A stretch of DNA of 64,000 bases from an uncultured Planctomycetales bacterium (GTDB lineage: Bacteria; Planctomycetota; Planctomycetia; Pirellulales; S012-138): NCBI GenBank assembly GCA_937927735.1, contig CALBRZ010000133.1, forward strand, positions 71,903 through 135,902, read 5' to 3'. Each line of letters opens with the position of its first letter. Position 1 is the first letter of the stretch. Shown piece by piece: positions 45,792 to 57,190 of the stretch. A program made the translations under genes and the position numbers. The notes beneath the pieces are model-generated. The model was given only the letters and a program-made list of their open reading frames with translations, was not told where the DNA came from and searched no databases.

Positions 45792-47645
45792 ATGTTGCAG
45801 CGGTGCTCGTGCTTGCTCGTGGTTCTTGCGTTGGTTGCTGCCGCGGTTTCGCCAGGGCTGGGGGCTGAGCCGGCCTCGCTCGATCGCCCCGCGGAATTGC
45901 AGCAGCGACAGCCTGAATTCATCGCCGGCTCGCTCGGCGTTACCCGGCAGGGTACCCCGATCGATTACATCACCGCGACCGCCAGCGGCAGCAAGAGGGC
46001 GAACACCGCCGCCAACCTTGTCACCCCCGATACCGATGAACTGCGGCTGGTAATCGTCAACGGCTTGGACGGCTCGCGGTTTTCGTACCGCAATGCCTGG
46101 ACGGCCCTCGATGGGTGGCGGAACCTTCCGCCGACGCTCAAACGCCGTGTGCGGCTGACCGTGGTGCTGTGTGCCAATCCCGACGGCGCGGCGGCCGGCA
46201 CCGGACCGGGCAATGCCTCCGGCGGCAATCCCACCGTGGGCTATCCGCCCCAGGGCGACGCCTACAGCAGCCCGACCGATCCCGAGGCAGCCTACCTCTG
46301 GCGTTGGCTGGGGCTGCAAGGCCCCCACGCCGTCATTGTGGTGGCCGACGGCGAACAACCTGGCTGGTTTAAAGGCCGGCAGTTTGACTCCGGAACCTTC
46401 GCTGGGCGGCTCGCGGCGCGTTTGAGCGCCAAGGCCTGGGACGGCCCGAGCGATGCCCTGGCGCCTCAGTTGTGCCAGGCCAAACCGGCTAACCTGGGCA
46501 GCATCCCGGCATTTGAATATCGCACCAACAACAAGCTGCCGGAGGATTTTATGTCTAACCTGGTGTCGGCCTGTGTCGCTTCGCAGCCGGCACCTTCCGA
46601 GGCAGGCCAGGAGCTTGCCCGGCGTTTGTCCCGCACGCCGCTGGAGGTAGCCAACGAACTGGCTAAGGTCTACGGCCACGATCTGAGCACCGCGGTATAT
46701 GTTCCGGCCGTGGCGCTGATCGGCCGGCTGCGGCTGGCGGAACTCACCGGCGAGCAGAAACACCGCACCGATGTCGAAGCCATCGTGGCCCCGTACTACG
46801 ACGGCAAGAAGGAGTCGTTGCCGGAACGGGCATCGGCCAGCCATCTGTCGGGCCACCTGATCTTTACGGAACTGGCTCGGCTGTATCCCGCAGGCAGCCA
46901 GCAGCGCCAGCGTTACCTGGAACTGGCCGCGAAGCCGGCCAACCTGGCCTTTGCTGCCAACGGGCAGCCGCGGCAAGTGCTCCCGTATCACAACGAGATG
47001 AGCGACGCCGTGTTCATGGGCTGCCCCATCCTGGCGCACGTGGGGCAGCTATCGGGCGATTCGCGGTATTACGATGCCTGCCTGCGGCAGCTTCGCTTTA
47101 TGAAGCGGCTCTGCCTGCGCGACGATGGCCTGTATCGGCACTCGCCGCTGGATGAGGCCGCGTGGGGCCGGGGTAACGGCTTCCCGGCTCTCGGTCTGGC
47201 GCTTACGCTCGACGTCTGGCCGGCGGACCAGCCTGGCCGCGACGAAGTGCTCAAGTCGCTGCGTGCCCACCTCAAGACGCTGTTCAAGTACCAGGACGAG
47301 AACGGCATGTGGCACCAGGTGATCGACCACCCGGAAAGCTACGCCGAGCTCACGAGCACTTGCATGATCACCTACGCCATGCTGCGGGCATTGCGTAACG
47401 GCTGGATGCCGGAGGACAACGCCGAACTGGAAGCCCGAATTCGCCGGGCCTGGAACGGCTTGCTCCAACGCATCGGCAGCAACGGCGACCTGATCGACGT
47501 GTGCACCAGCACCGGCAAGCAGCCGGATCTCCGCTCGTATTACGACCGCACCGCAATCCTGGGCCGCGATGGTCGTGGCGGTGCCATGGCCCTTCTGGTG
47601 GCCACGGAACTGGCTGCGTTGGAAAAGTCGCGCAGCGCGAAATAA
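45792..47645 (+). CDS. Exported two-domain protein with a C-terminal GH105/GH88-type unsaturated glycuronyl hydrolase domain and an N-terminal domain of unclear family
   Basis: ATG at 45792 (MLQRCSCLLVVLALVAAAVSPGLGA, a signal peptide). The C-terminal block reads DDGLYRHSPLDEAAWGRGNGFPALGLALTL...MWHQVIDHPESYAELTSTCMITYAMLRAL, which is YteR/UGL-like text. Confidence 0.7.
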   Translation: MLQRCSCLLVVLALVAAAVSPGLGAEPASLDRPAELQQRQPEFIAGSLGVTRQGTPIDYITATASGSKRANTAANLVTPDTDELRLVIVNGLDGSRFSYRNAWTALDGWRNLPPTLKRRVRLTVVLCANPDGAAAGTGPGNASGGNPTVGYPPQGDAYSSPTDPEAAYLWRWLGLQGPHAVIVVADGEQPGWFKGRQFDSGTFAGRLAARLSAKAWDGPSDALAPQLCQAKPANLGSIPAFEYRTNNKLPEDFMSNLVSACVASQPAPSEAGQELARRLSRTPLEVANELAKVYGHDLSTAVYVPAVALIGRLRLAELTGEQKHRTDVEAIVAPYYDGKKESLPERASASHLSGHLIFTELARLYPAGSQQRQRYLELAAKPANLAFAANGQPRQVLPYHNEMSDAVFMGCPILAHVGQLSGDSRYYDACLRQLRFMKRLCLRDDGLYRHSPLDEAAWGRGNGFPALGLALTLDVWPADQPGRDEVLKSLRAHLKTLFKYQDENGMWHQVIDHPESYAELTSTCMITYAMLRALRNGWMPEDNAELEARIRRAWNGLLQRIGSNGDLIDVCTSTGKQPDLRSYYDRTAILGRDGRGGAMALLVATELAALEKSRSAK

Positions 47646-47697
47646 CCCCAGGGCCGCGCGGCGAGCGCGCGATACCTGGGCACGGCTCCATCAGTTC

Positions 47698-50600
47698 TCA
47701 GCTCTTGGAACGCGGCGGCAGTTTCGGAAGCGAAAGCCGGGGGCGGCCATCGAATGATGGCCGCTGCGGCGGGTTTTGTTCCAAGAGCGCCAGCGCCTCG
47801 GCGATGGCTCGTTCGAGCTGCGGGTCGCGGCTGGCCGCATCGTCCTGGGGGCGGATCTCAACGTCGATGTCCGGCTCGGTGCCGTAGTACTCGATGCCCC
47901 AGCCAACGTCCTCAAACCAGAACGAGAACTCCGGCTGCGTCGTGATGCTGCCATCGACCAGACGATGCCGCGGGTTGATGCCGATCACGCCGCCCCAGGT
48001 GCGACGACCAATCAGCGGCCCCAGCTTCAACAGCTTGAAGCAGTGGCTGAAGATGTCGCCGTCGGACCCCGCCCGCTCGTTCGTCAGGGCCACGATCGGC
48101 CCCAGCATCGAGCCATCAGGATACGGCTCCGGCTGGCTCCAGCGGGGCAGGTCGTAGCCCACGCGCCGCCGGGCGAGCTTTTCGAGGATGAGCTGCGAGA
48201 CATGCCCGCCGCCGTTGAACCGCACGTCGACAATCAGCCCATCGCGCTGCGACTCAACCAGGAAGTAGCGATGGAACTCGGCATAGCCCCAGGGCCCCAT
48301 GTTGGGCACGTGCACATAGCCGATGCGGCCGCCGCTGGCCTCGTGGACATACTGGCGGTTCTTTTCCACCCATTCGCGATACCGGGCGGGCGATTCGTCC
48401 TTGAGCGTCTTGACCACCACCGTCCGCAGCGGACCACGGCCGCGTTGTACGGTGAGCTGCACTTCGCGGCCGGCCTGGTTGACCAACAATTCGGCGGGCG
48501 AAACCGTTTCCGATAGCCGTCGCCCGCCCACGGCGATCAGGTAATCGCCCGGCTTGACGTTCACGCCGGGAGCATCCAACGGGCTGGTGCGGTTCTCATC
48601 CCAGGGGTCGCCGTGGACGATATGCACGAACTTGTAGGCCCCCTTGCGGCGATCGAACTCCAGGTCGGCCCCCAGGAAACCACTGTAGTACCGCGGCGGC
48701 TGGCGATAATCGCCGCCCAGTTCATAGGCGTGCGAGGTCCCCAGTTCGCCCTGCATTTCCCACATCAGGTCGGAGAACTCCGAGCGTGATGCGATCCGGG
48801 CCAACAATGGCTCGTAGCGGTCGCGCACCTGATCCCAGGCCACGCCCGACATGTCTTCGGTCCAGAAGTGGTCGCGTTGTAGCCGCCAGGCTTCGCGGAA
48901 CATCTGCCGCCACTCGCTGGGTGGATCGACGGAGATGCGAACCCGCTCCAGATCGAGCCATCCGCTGCGCGGCCCCGGCGGTTCCTTGGCCGTTTCGGCC
49001 GACGGCTTGGCGGCCGGATCAATCACCCGAATCCGTGAACCAATGCGATAGATCAACGACTTGCCCGACGCCGACAGGCTAAAGTCCGTAACCTCATCGA
49101 GCCAGCGTTCCTGCCGCCTCTGCTTGAGGTCGTACATCTCCAGCGTGCCCTTGGCCGAATCGTTGATCCGCCAACTGTTGCCCAGGCTGCCGGAAATCGG
49201 GTACTTGGTGAACAACACGCGGCCGCCGGGCAGCCCCATGATGCGGCCGTATTTGCCCTCCTCAACCGGCAGGGCCACGATGCGCCGTTCGATGCCTTCC
49301 AGGTCGATCTTGATCGGCGGCGGCTCGTCCTTGGCGTTTTGCTCGGCCTCGTCGCTGGACGTTTCGCCTGCGTTCTCTTCCTTGGACGCTTCGTTCGCCG
49401 CATTGACCGGCTTGGTTTCGCCTGAGCCGACCTTGCTCTTGTCGTCGCCGGCCGCCAGCGTCGCCGGATCAAAGGCAAACGGCGAAGGCGTATCTGCCTG
49501 GAGCGTGACCAGGTACGGCCGCATGCCCTGCGGGAAGTTCAAATCGAAATGCAGGTTGTCGTAAACCGGATCGAACTCGCGATACGACAGAAAGTACAGG
49601 TATTTGCCTTCGGGATCGAACGACGGCCGAATGTCGCGCAGCACCGCCTGCGTGACATTGAACGTGGCCCCATCGCTCAACCGGCACAAGCGGATGTGCG
49701 ACGTGCTGGGCGACTCCGGCATGCCATAAGCCACCCAGCGGCCATCGGGCGACCAGCTCACGCCGCGGATGCGTCCGTGCGAACTGTGATCGAGCAGCTT
49801 GTGCCGCTTCTTTTCCAGGTCGGCAAAGATCAAATCGCCGCGGTGGTTGTACAGCACCACCTGGTCCTTGACCGGCGAGGGGAACAAACCGATCGCGCGG
49901 CCCAGGTCCCAGTCCGGCATCAGCTTGGGCGGTTTGCTGCCGTCGGCCTGGAAGATCACCAGCCGTTCTTCACCATCCTCATCGGTCAGCGCGGCGATGC
50001 GCGTGCCATCGTGCAACCAGGAGGCCAAACGGTACCGTGCGCCATCGGCCAGGCCATGCTGGACCACCGGCCCTTCCCAACACGCCATGGTGAACGGCCG
50101 CCCACGGCACGTCAGGGCCACGGCCTTGCCTTGCGGGTGCAGATCGGCCGACTCGAAGAACCGGCTCGCTGCCACGAACTTGCGATGGCACTGGGGGCGC
50201 GAGCTGTGCCACTGGATTTCGATCTTGCGTGGCTGGCTCTCGTCGCCTTCCGCCGGATCGAGTAGGTACAGATCGCCGCCGCTCATGTACACAATGCGCC
50301 GCCCATCCGACGACGCCATGCGGGCGTAGAACTCCTCGTGATCCGTATGCCGGCGAAGATCGCCGCCATCGGGCCGGCACGAGTAGATGTTGCCGATCCC
50401 TTCGTGGTCGGAGATGAAGTACACCCGCTCGCCAATGAACATGGGCGACGCCAGGTTGCCGGCCAGCTCCAACCGATCAAACTCGCCATTGCCCGCGCGG
50501 TCGATCCAAAGCTGGCCACAGGTGCCGCCGCGGTAGCGTTTCCACCGCGCCGGGTCGCGGGTGTGCCGGCCGATGACCACCTGGCCCGCCGGGCCATAGG

Positions 50601-51018
50601 CCACGTTCTGGGCAGGCCCATACGGAAGCAGCTCCGGTTGCCCACCGTCGCGGTGAATCTTCCACAGCTTGAGGTGGTTGGAGAACGGCTGGCCGGCCCC
50701 GGTGGCGAATACAATCGATTGGCCATCCGGAGTCCAGCCGGCAACCTGCGTGGTATTGACTCCCAGGAAGGTGATCCGCCGCGATGGCCCGCCCGCGGCG
50801 TCCATCACATACACCTCGGTAGGTCCTTCTTCCTGACTGGTGAAGGCCAGGTACTTGCCATCGGGCGATAGGGCAGGGTAGGTGATCTCGCCCAGGTTCG
50901 CCGTCAGCCGCCGGGGCACTCCGCCTGAATCGTCCACCGTCCAGAGATCGTCCTCGCACACAAAGACAATCTGCGAGCCCTGGATCGTTGGAAAACGGTA
51001 GTATCCGGCAAGTGTCAT
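47698..51018 (-). CDS. Tricorn protease homologue (S41B peptidase with beta-propeller domains)
   Basis: 1106 aa. The N-terminus YYRFPTIQGSQIVFVCEDDLWTV..LTANLGEITYPALSPDGKYLAFTS is typical. The C-terminal S41 block is NERAGSDGDIFSHCFK. Confidence 0.85.
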   Translation of the reverse strand: MTLAGYYRFPTIQGSQIVFVCEDDLWTVDDSGGVPRRLTANLGEITYPALSPDGKYLAFTSQEEGPTEVYVMDAAGGPSRRITFLGVNTTQVAGWTPDGQSIVFATGAGQPFSNHLKLWKIHRDGGQPELLPYGPAQNVAYGPAGQVVIGRHTRDPARWKRYRGGTCGQLWIDRAGNGEFDRLELAGNLASPMFIGERVYFISDHEGIGNIYSCRPDGGDLRRHTDHEEFYARMASSDGRRIVYMSGGDLYLLDPAEGDESQPRKIEIQWHSSRPQCHRKFVAASRFFESADLHPQGKAVALTCRGRPFTMACWEGPVVQHGLADGARYRLASWLHDGTRIAALTDEDGEERLVIFQADGSKPPKLMPDWDLGRAIGLFPSPVKDQVVLYNHRGDLIFADLEKKRHKLLDHSSHGRIRGVSWSPDGRWVAYGMPESPSTSHIRLCRLSDGATFNVTQAVLRDIRPSFDPEGKYLYFLSYREFDPVYDNLHFDLNFPQGMRPYLVTLQADTPSPFAFDPATLAAGDDKSKVGSGETKPVNAANEASKEENAGETSSDEAEQNAKDEPPPIKIDLEGIERRIVALPVEEGKYGRIMGLPGGRVLFTKYPISGSLGNSWRINDSAKGTLEMYDLKQRRQERWLDEVTDFSLSASGKSLIYRIGSRIRVIDPAAKPSAETAKEPPGPRSGWLDLERVRISVDPPSEWRQMFREAWRLQRDHFWTEDMSGVAWDQVRDRYEPLLARIASRSEFSDLMWEMQGELGTSHAYELGGDYRQPPRYYSGFLGADLEFDRRKGAYKFVHIVHGDPWDENRTSPLDAPGVNVKPGDYLIAVGGRRLSETVSPAELLVNQAGREVQLTVQRGRGPLRTVVVKTLKDESPARYREWVEKNRQYVHEASGGRIGYVHVPNMGPWGYAEFHRYFLVESQRDGLIVDVRFNGGGHVSQLILEKLARRRVGYDLPRWSQPEPYPDGSMLGPIVALTNERAGSDGDIFSHCFKLLKLGPLIGRRTWGGVIGINPRHRLVDGSITTQPEFSFWFEDVGWGIEYYGTEPDIDVEIRPQDDAASRDPQLERAIAEALALLEQNPPQRPSFDGRPRLSLPKLPPRSKS

Positions 51019-51243
51019 CTGGCGCTAGCCCATCCAAGAAGCGGCATCAAGCATTGGCCGATCCGGCCACAGCAGCGGAAGGCCTCGGCTGCCGGCCTGC
51101 TTGCGGCGCATGGTCACTACGTGATGCACGTCGACGTCACCGCACCGGCCAATTCCCCCACGCGCTCATCGTAGAAGCTGCCTCGCCGCGTGGGTAGGCC
51201 CTAAGCGAGGGCGGCAGCGCGAAACAGCGCCGACAGCGCGGAG

Positions 51244-51278
51244 AAAAGGCCGGTGAGCGAAGCCCACCGGCCTTTTTT
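51244..51278. terminator. Bidirectional rho-independent terminator downstream of acs
   Basis: The stem is aaaaggccggtg / caccggcctttt, with T-runs available on both strands. Confidence 0.65.
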
Positions 51279-51363
51279 CTATCCAGCGTAATCCCACCGA
51301 AGCATCGCAGCTCAGACCGCCAGCACGGCGACGCGCCGCGGACTGTTGCGATGGCCGGGACGT

Positions 51364-53313
<1,950 letters not shown>

Positions 53314-53379
53314 CGTACAAATACCTCAATGGACGTGCGTATGATTCGCTCTCTAGCTGCCCCCGGAGTGCAAACGGGG

Positions 53380-53408
53380 ATTCTAAAGCGTGCTAGCTTA
53401 AGGGTCAA
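53380..53408 (-). promoter_or_regulatory. Near-consensus sigma-70-type promoter upstream of acs
   Basis: The minus strand reads TTGACC, 17 nt, TAGAAT (plus-strand 53403..53408 and 53380..53385). The -10 element is 67 nt upstream of the acs ATG. Confidence 0.4.
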
Positions 53409-53551
53409 ACCGGTGCCTGCCCCCCAAGTTAGGGCAATTGCGGTTCCTCGCCGCCAGGTCCGCGGTGTTTCCCCCACAATCGCTACCACGTGGCGACAAG
53501 CCGGCGTGTGACGGCCCCACCGCGAGGCGTCAGCCGCAACCACCCCGGGAT

Positions 53552-54397
53552 TCAAATGTCGGGGTTCAAGATTCTTCGAGCCCAAAGGTAGGCCAGCAAA
53601 TTCAACACAATCGCGGTGCAGAGAATGATCTGACCAGGCACGGTTGTGAACAGTCTGGCCGTGTTCACCGGGTCGACAAACGTGTACACCACCAGGATGA
53701 ACAGCGGGGCCAGCGCCATGTACAGCGCCGACCGCCGGGCCTGAGCCGTCTCGGAGCGGATCTTGCGTTCCAGCCGCTGCATCTCCAGCACGCTGGTGGC
53801 AATGCGATCGACCGTTTCGTTGAGCTTGCCGCCGCTTTCGCGGCTGGCCAAGAGCGCTGCGGTAAACAGGGCAAAGTTTTCGCTCTCCAGCCGCTCTTTC
53901 GCTTCTTCCAACGTGCGATCCAGCGGTTTCCCCAAATTGTACTCGCCCACAATTTGCCGGAACTCGTCGCGCATCGGCCGCGGCCCTTGCTCGGCCAACA
54001 ACTCCAGTGCTTGCGGAATCGACAAACCGGCCCGAATCGCAGCCGAAAATGACGCCATGCCGTCGGCCAATTGATCCTCGATCTTGTCGCGGTACCGCTG
54101 GGCCATTCGCCGCAGCACATACCAGGGGCCACAGAACAGCACAGCGGCGGCCAAGAGCGCCAAAGGGAAGCTATCGAACGCTACCCACAGCGAACCGGCG
54201 GCGCCGACGATCACCACGCTCCAGGCCAGCAGGTAAGTTCGCAGATTGACCGTCGAGATTCGCATCCGCCGCAGCTTCTCAGACAAATCGGCGTGGACGA
54301 AATCCAGAAAGCTGCCGTAATAGCCGCGGCAGAAATACACAAACGTGGCGACTGCCGCGCCGGCGAGACTGCTGGATATCAAAGGCTGAACGTCCAT
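53552..54397 (-). CDS. T2SS-F / TadB-type inner-membrane platform protein
   Basis: Internal ATG at 54397 (MDVQPLISSSLAGAAVATFVYF). It has one N-terminal TM, a cytoplasmic helical domain (QLADGMASFSAAIRAGLSIPQALELLA..FALFTAALLASRESGGKL), and two C-terminal TMs. Confidence 0.8.
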   Translation of the reverse strand: MDVQPLISSSLAGAAVATFVYFCRGYYGSFLDFVHADLSEKLRRMRISTVNLRTYLLAWSVVIVGAAGSLWVAFDSFPLALLAAAVLFCGPWYVLRRMAQRYRDKIEDQLADGMASFSAAIRAGLSIPQALELLAEQGPRPMRDEFRQIVGEYNLGKPLDRTLEEAKERLESENFALFTAALLASRESGGKLNETVDRIATSVLEMQRLERKIRSETAQARRSALYMALAPLFILVVYTFVDPVNTARLFTTVPGQIILCTAIVLNLLAYLWARRILNPDI

Positions 54398-54476
54398 CGC
54401 ACCAACATTCCGGAAGCAGGATGCCGGAAGAGGATTCGAGGAAAAGCGACGCGGGGCATCGCCCGCCGCGGCAAGG

Positions 54477-56879
54477 CTACCGTAATCCTTGCAACAGCGT
54501 GGTGGAACCGGCGGGGAACCATTGTCCATCGGCCCCGTGCCGCACCAGGTCATGGGGTGCCAATTGGCCCGAGCGGTAAATGTTGATCAAGTCCTCGGCG
54601 GTCAGCGGTCCGAACTCGGTACCCATGATGCGGCAATACCATTCGCCGTCATCTTCGGCACCACCGGACTCCGTTTGCGCGGTTTCCGCCTGGGTCACAG
54701 CTCCGATCGGATCAACCACCACCGCCTTGCTATAGCCACCGCGTGTTTCCGGCCCCACGGGGCTCGCCCGGCGTGCGTGCGGCGCACCTTGGCCGATGTG
54801 CGGCGGCAGCGGGGGCGGCAACGGCGGCGGCATCTCCGGAACCGCGGGCGGCTCTTCCGTGTGCGGTTCGGCACTGCTCTTGGCAGCCGGCTCGCCGGGC
54901 CTTGCCGTCAGCGTTACCGGCGCCGGCCTATGTGACCTGGCCGGCTCCTCGGTGAACCGCTCACTGGAAATCCGCTGCACGTCGCCGCGGCTCTGCCAAC
55001 CGGCGTACAGGAACTCCAGGTCGAGCAGGGCCTTCTCAACCAGCGAATCGATGAACGAAGGCAGATAACCCGTCGGCTTGAGGTTCTTGCCGTCGCGGAA
55101 GTTGAAAATGTCGGCCAGGATCACATCGTGCGTTTCGGGATCGACGCCCACCACCTCGGCAATCTGCGTGACGGCGCGGCGTCCGCCCGGCAAACGATTG
55201 ATCTGCACGATCAAGTCAATCGCCGACGCGATCTGACGGTGGATCGAAAGCACCGGCAAGTCGGCGGCCATCAGCACCAAGACCTCCATGCGCTCGATCA
55301 CTTCCTCAGCGCTGTTGGCGTGGATCGTGGTCAGGCTGCCATCGTGGCCGGTGTTCATGGCCTGGAGCATGTCCAGCGCTTCGCCGCCGCGGCACTCGCC
55401 AACGATGATGCGGTCGGGCCGCATACGCAGGGCATTGCGCACCAGGTCGCGGATCGTGTACTGCCCGGTGCCTTCCACATTCGGCGGCTTGGCTTCCAGG
55501 CTGACCACGTGCTCCTGGTGCAGCCGCAATTCCTGCGTGTCTTCGATCGTGACAATGCGTTCCTTGTACGGAATGAAGCTGCTCAGCACGTTCAGCAGCG
55601 TGGTCTTACCGGTGCCGGTTCCACCGCTGATCAGGATGTTGCGGCGATCGATGACCGCGGCCCGGAGGAATCGGGCGGCCGGCTCACTGATGCTGCCCAG
55701 TTCGAGCAGATCATCCATCGTCATCCGCTGAACGGGGAACTTGCGGATGGTGAGGCACGGTCCGCGCGTGGCCAGCGGCGGAATGATGGCGTTCACGCGT
55801 GAGCCGTCAGGCAACCGGGCGTCGACCAGCGGCGTGCTCTTGTCGATCCGCCGCCCCACCTGGGCAACGATGCGTTCGATGATGCTTTCGGTAACTTTCT
55901 CGGAAATGAACCGCCGCCCGGAGCGTTCGATCACACCGCCGCGTTCGACATAGATCTGGTCGCTCTTAACGACCATGATTTCGGAGATCGTCGGCGCGCG
56001 TAGCAGGTCTTGGAGCGGGCCAAAGCCAAAGACGGTGTCCTTGAGGTCTTTCTTCAGCGTGCGGAGCAGGATGTACTTGCGCAGTTCGGCATGCAGGTGA
56101 ATCCGCACCGCCGCGGCCACTTCGACAAACCGCTCCTCAAGGAAGTAGATCTTGTCGCTGACGTCGGAAATCTCGTCCAGCCGCAGCTTCTCGCGAATGT
56201 ACTGCAGCAGGTTGTGCAGTTCGGTTTCGCGCTCTGGCACCAGCGTTGCCGGCACATCGAACTCGTTGGCGGTGATGCTGGCCAGGTCGAAGTAATCGTC
56301 GTGCCCCGTCTCCATAATGATCTGGTTTACCAGCAGATCGCGGAGCGTGAGCACCGCCAGCTCATCCAGCAGCGATTCGTTGTGCTGGCCGAAAACTTCC
56401 AGTTCGCGACAAACGTCCTCGATGTTGTTCTCAAGCAGCAGGATGTTGTCGCGATTGTGGACGCGGTTGTTCTCCAGCTCGTACAGGTCGAGCCGTTCCA
56501 GCAGCTTCTGGTGGATGCGCAGCTCCAGCGACGCCATGACGGCGCGCAGGTGGGCTTCCACCTCCTGCGGCGTGACCGTGGCCGCGACCTCGGATTCAAA
56601 GGTCAGCGTGTAGGGCCAGATGCGGAGCTTTACGCCGGGCGAAAACGACGCTTCCTCGCCGCCCAACAGTTCGCGGTCGCCCACCAGGCAGCTGTTCAGG
56701 CCGACATTCTGAACGGACAACTGGCCGTCGCGCAAGCGAATGATCGCATGCCGCCGCGAGACGAGCGGACTGCGAAGGACGATATCGTTCTCGTTGTCGC
56801 GACCGATGGTGACTTCGGTCGCTTCGGTCTCGAACAGCGTCCGCCGACTCTCGTTGACCTTGTTGTACCAGATCTTCAC
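54477..56879 (-). CDS. FHA-domain / CpaF(TadA)-type secretion ATPase / C-terminal GYF_2-like fusion protein
   Basis: GTG start. FHA text: VTIGRDNENDIVLRSPLVSRRHAIIRLRDGQLSVQNVG. Walker A: ISGGTGTGKTTLLN. His-box: MNTGHDGSLTTIHANS. Linker: PPPLPPPLPP. C-terminus: EWYCRIMGTEFGPLTAEDLINIYRSGQLAPHDLVRHGADGQWFPAGS. Confidence 0.85.
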   Translation of the reverse strand: MKIWYNKVNESRRTLFETEATEVTIGRDNENDIVLRSPLVSRRHAIIRLRDGQLSVQNVGLNSCLVGDRELLGGEEASFSPGVKLRIWPYTLTFESEVAATVTPQEVEAHLRAVMASLELRIHQKLLERLDLYELENNRVHNRDNILLLENNIEDVCRELEVFGQHNESLLDELAVLTLRDLLVNQIIMETGHDDYFDLASITANEFDVPATLVPERETELHNLLQYIREKLRLDEISDVSDKIYFLEERFVEVAAAVRIHLHAELRKYILLRTLKKDLKDTVFGFGPLQDLLRAPTISEIMVVKSDQIYVERGGVIERSGRRFISEKVTESIIERIVAQVGRRIDKSTPLVDARLPDGSRVNAIIPPLATRGPCLTIRKFPVQRMTMDDLLELGSISEPAARFLRAAVIDRRNILISGGTGTGKTTLLNVLSSFIPYKERIVTIEDTQELRLHQEHVVSLEAKPPNVEGTGQYTIRDLVRNALRMRPDRIIVGECRGGEALDMLQAMNTGHDGSLTTIHANSAEEVIERMEVLVLMAADLPVLSIHRQIASAIDLIVQINRLPGGRRAVTQIAEVVGVDPETHDVILADIFNFRDGKNLKPTGYLPSFIDSLVEKALLDLEFLYAGWQSRGDVQRISSERFTEEPARSHRPAPVTLTARPGEPAAKSSAEPHTEEPPAVPEMPPPLPPPLPPHIGQGAPHARRASPVGPETRGGYSKAVVVDPIGAVTQAETAQTESGGAEDDGEWYCRIMGTEFGPLTAEDLINIYRSGQLAPHDLVRHGADGQWFPAGSTTLLQGLR

Positions 56880-57115
56880 GTTGGAGCTTCTCGCTGCGCA
56901 TTCACGGCCGGCGAAAGGGATCAGCCGATCCCAGCGATCGGAGTCGTCGCTGGACCTTGGGGGAACTCCCAGGGTTCTATTCTAGACGACGCAAGCTGCG
57001 AAAAGCCATGATCTGCGGGCCAGCAATAAGCGGCTTTCAACCGCAAGACGGATGCGGCCGGCACCGACTACTCCCAGCCCGGCCACGCAGGAAACGGCGG
57101 CCCATGCCGCACCCC

Positions 57116-57158
57116 AGAAAAGGCAAAGCCCGCGTCCCCATGCGGCAAGGACGCGGGC
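57116..57158 (-). terminator. Rho-independent terminator after the MORN-repeat gene
   Basis: A perfect 10-bp stem (gcccgcgtcc / ggacgcgggc) is followed on the minus strand by tttgccttttctg. Confidence 0.65.
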
Positions 57159-57190
57159 CAAGCGGCGGGTTGAGCGTTTGGTGTAGTCGC

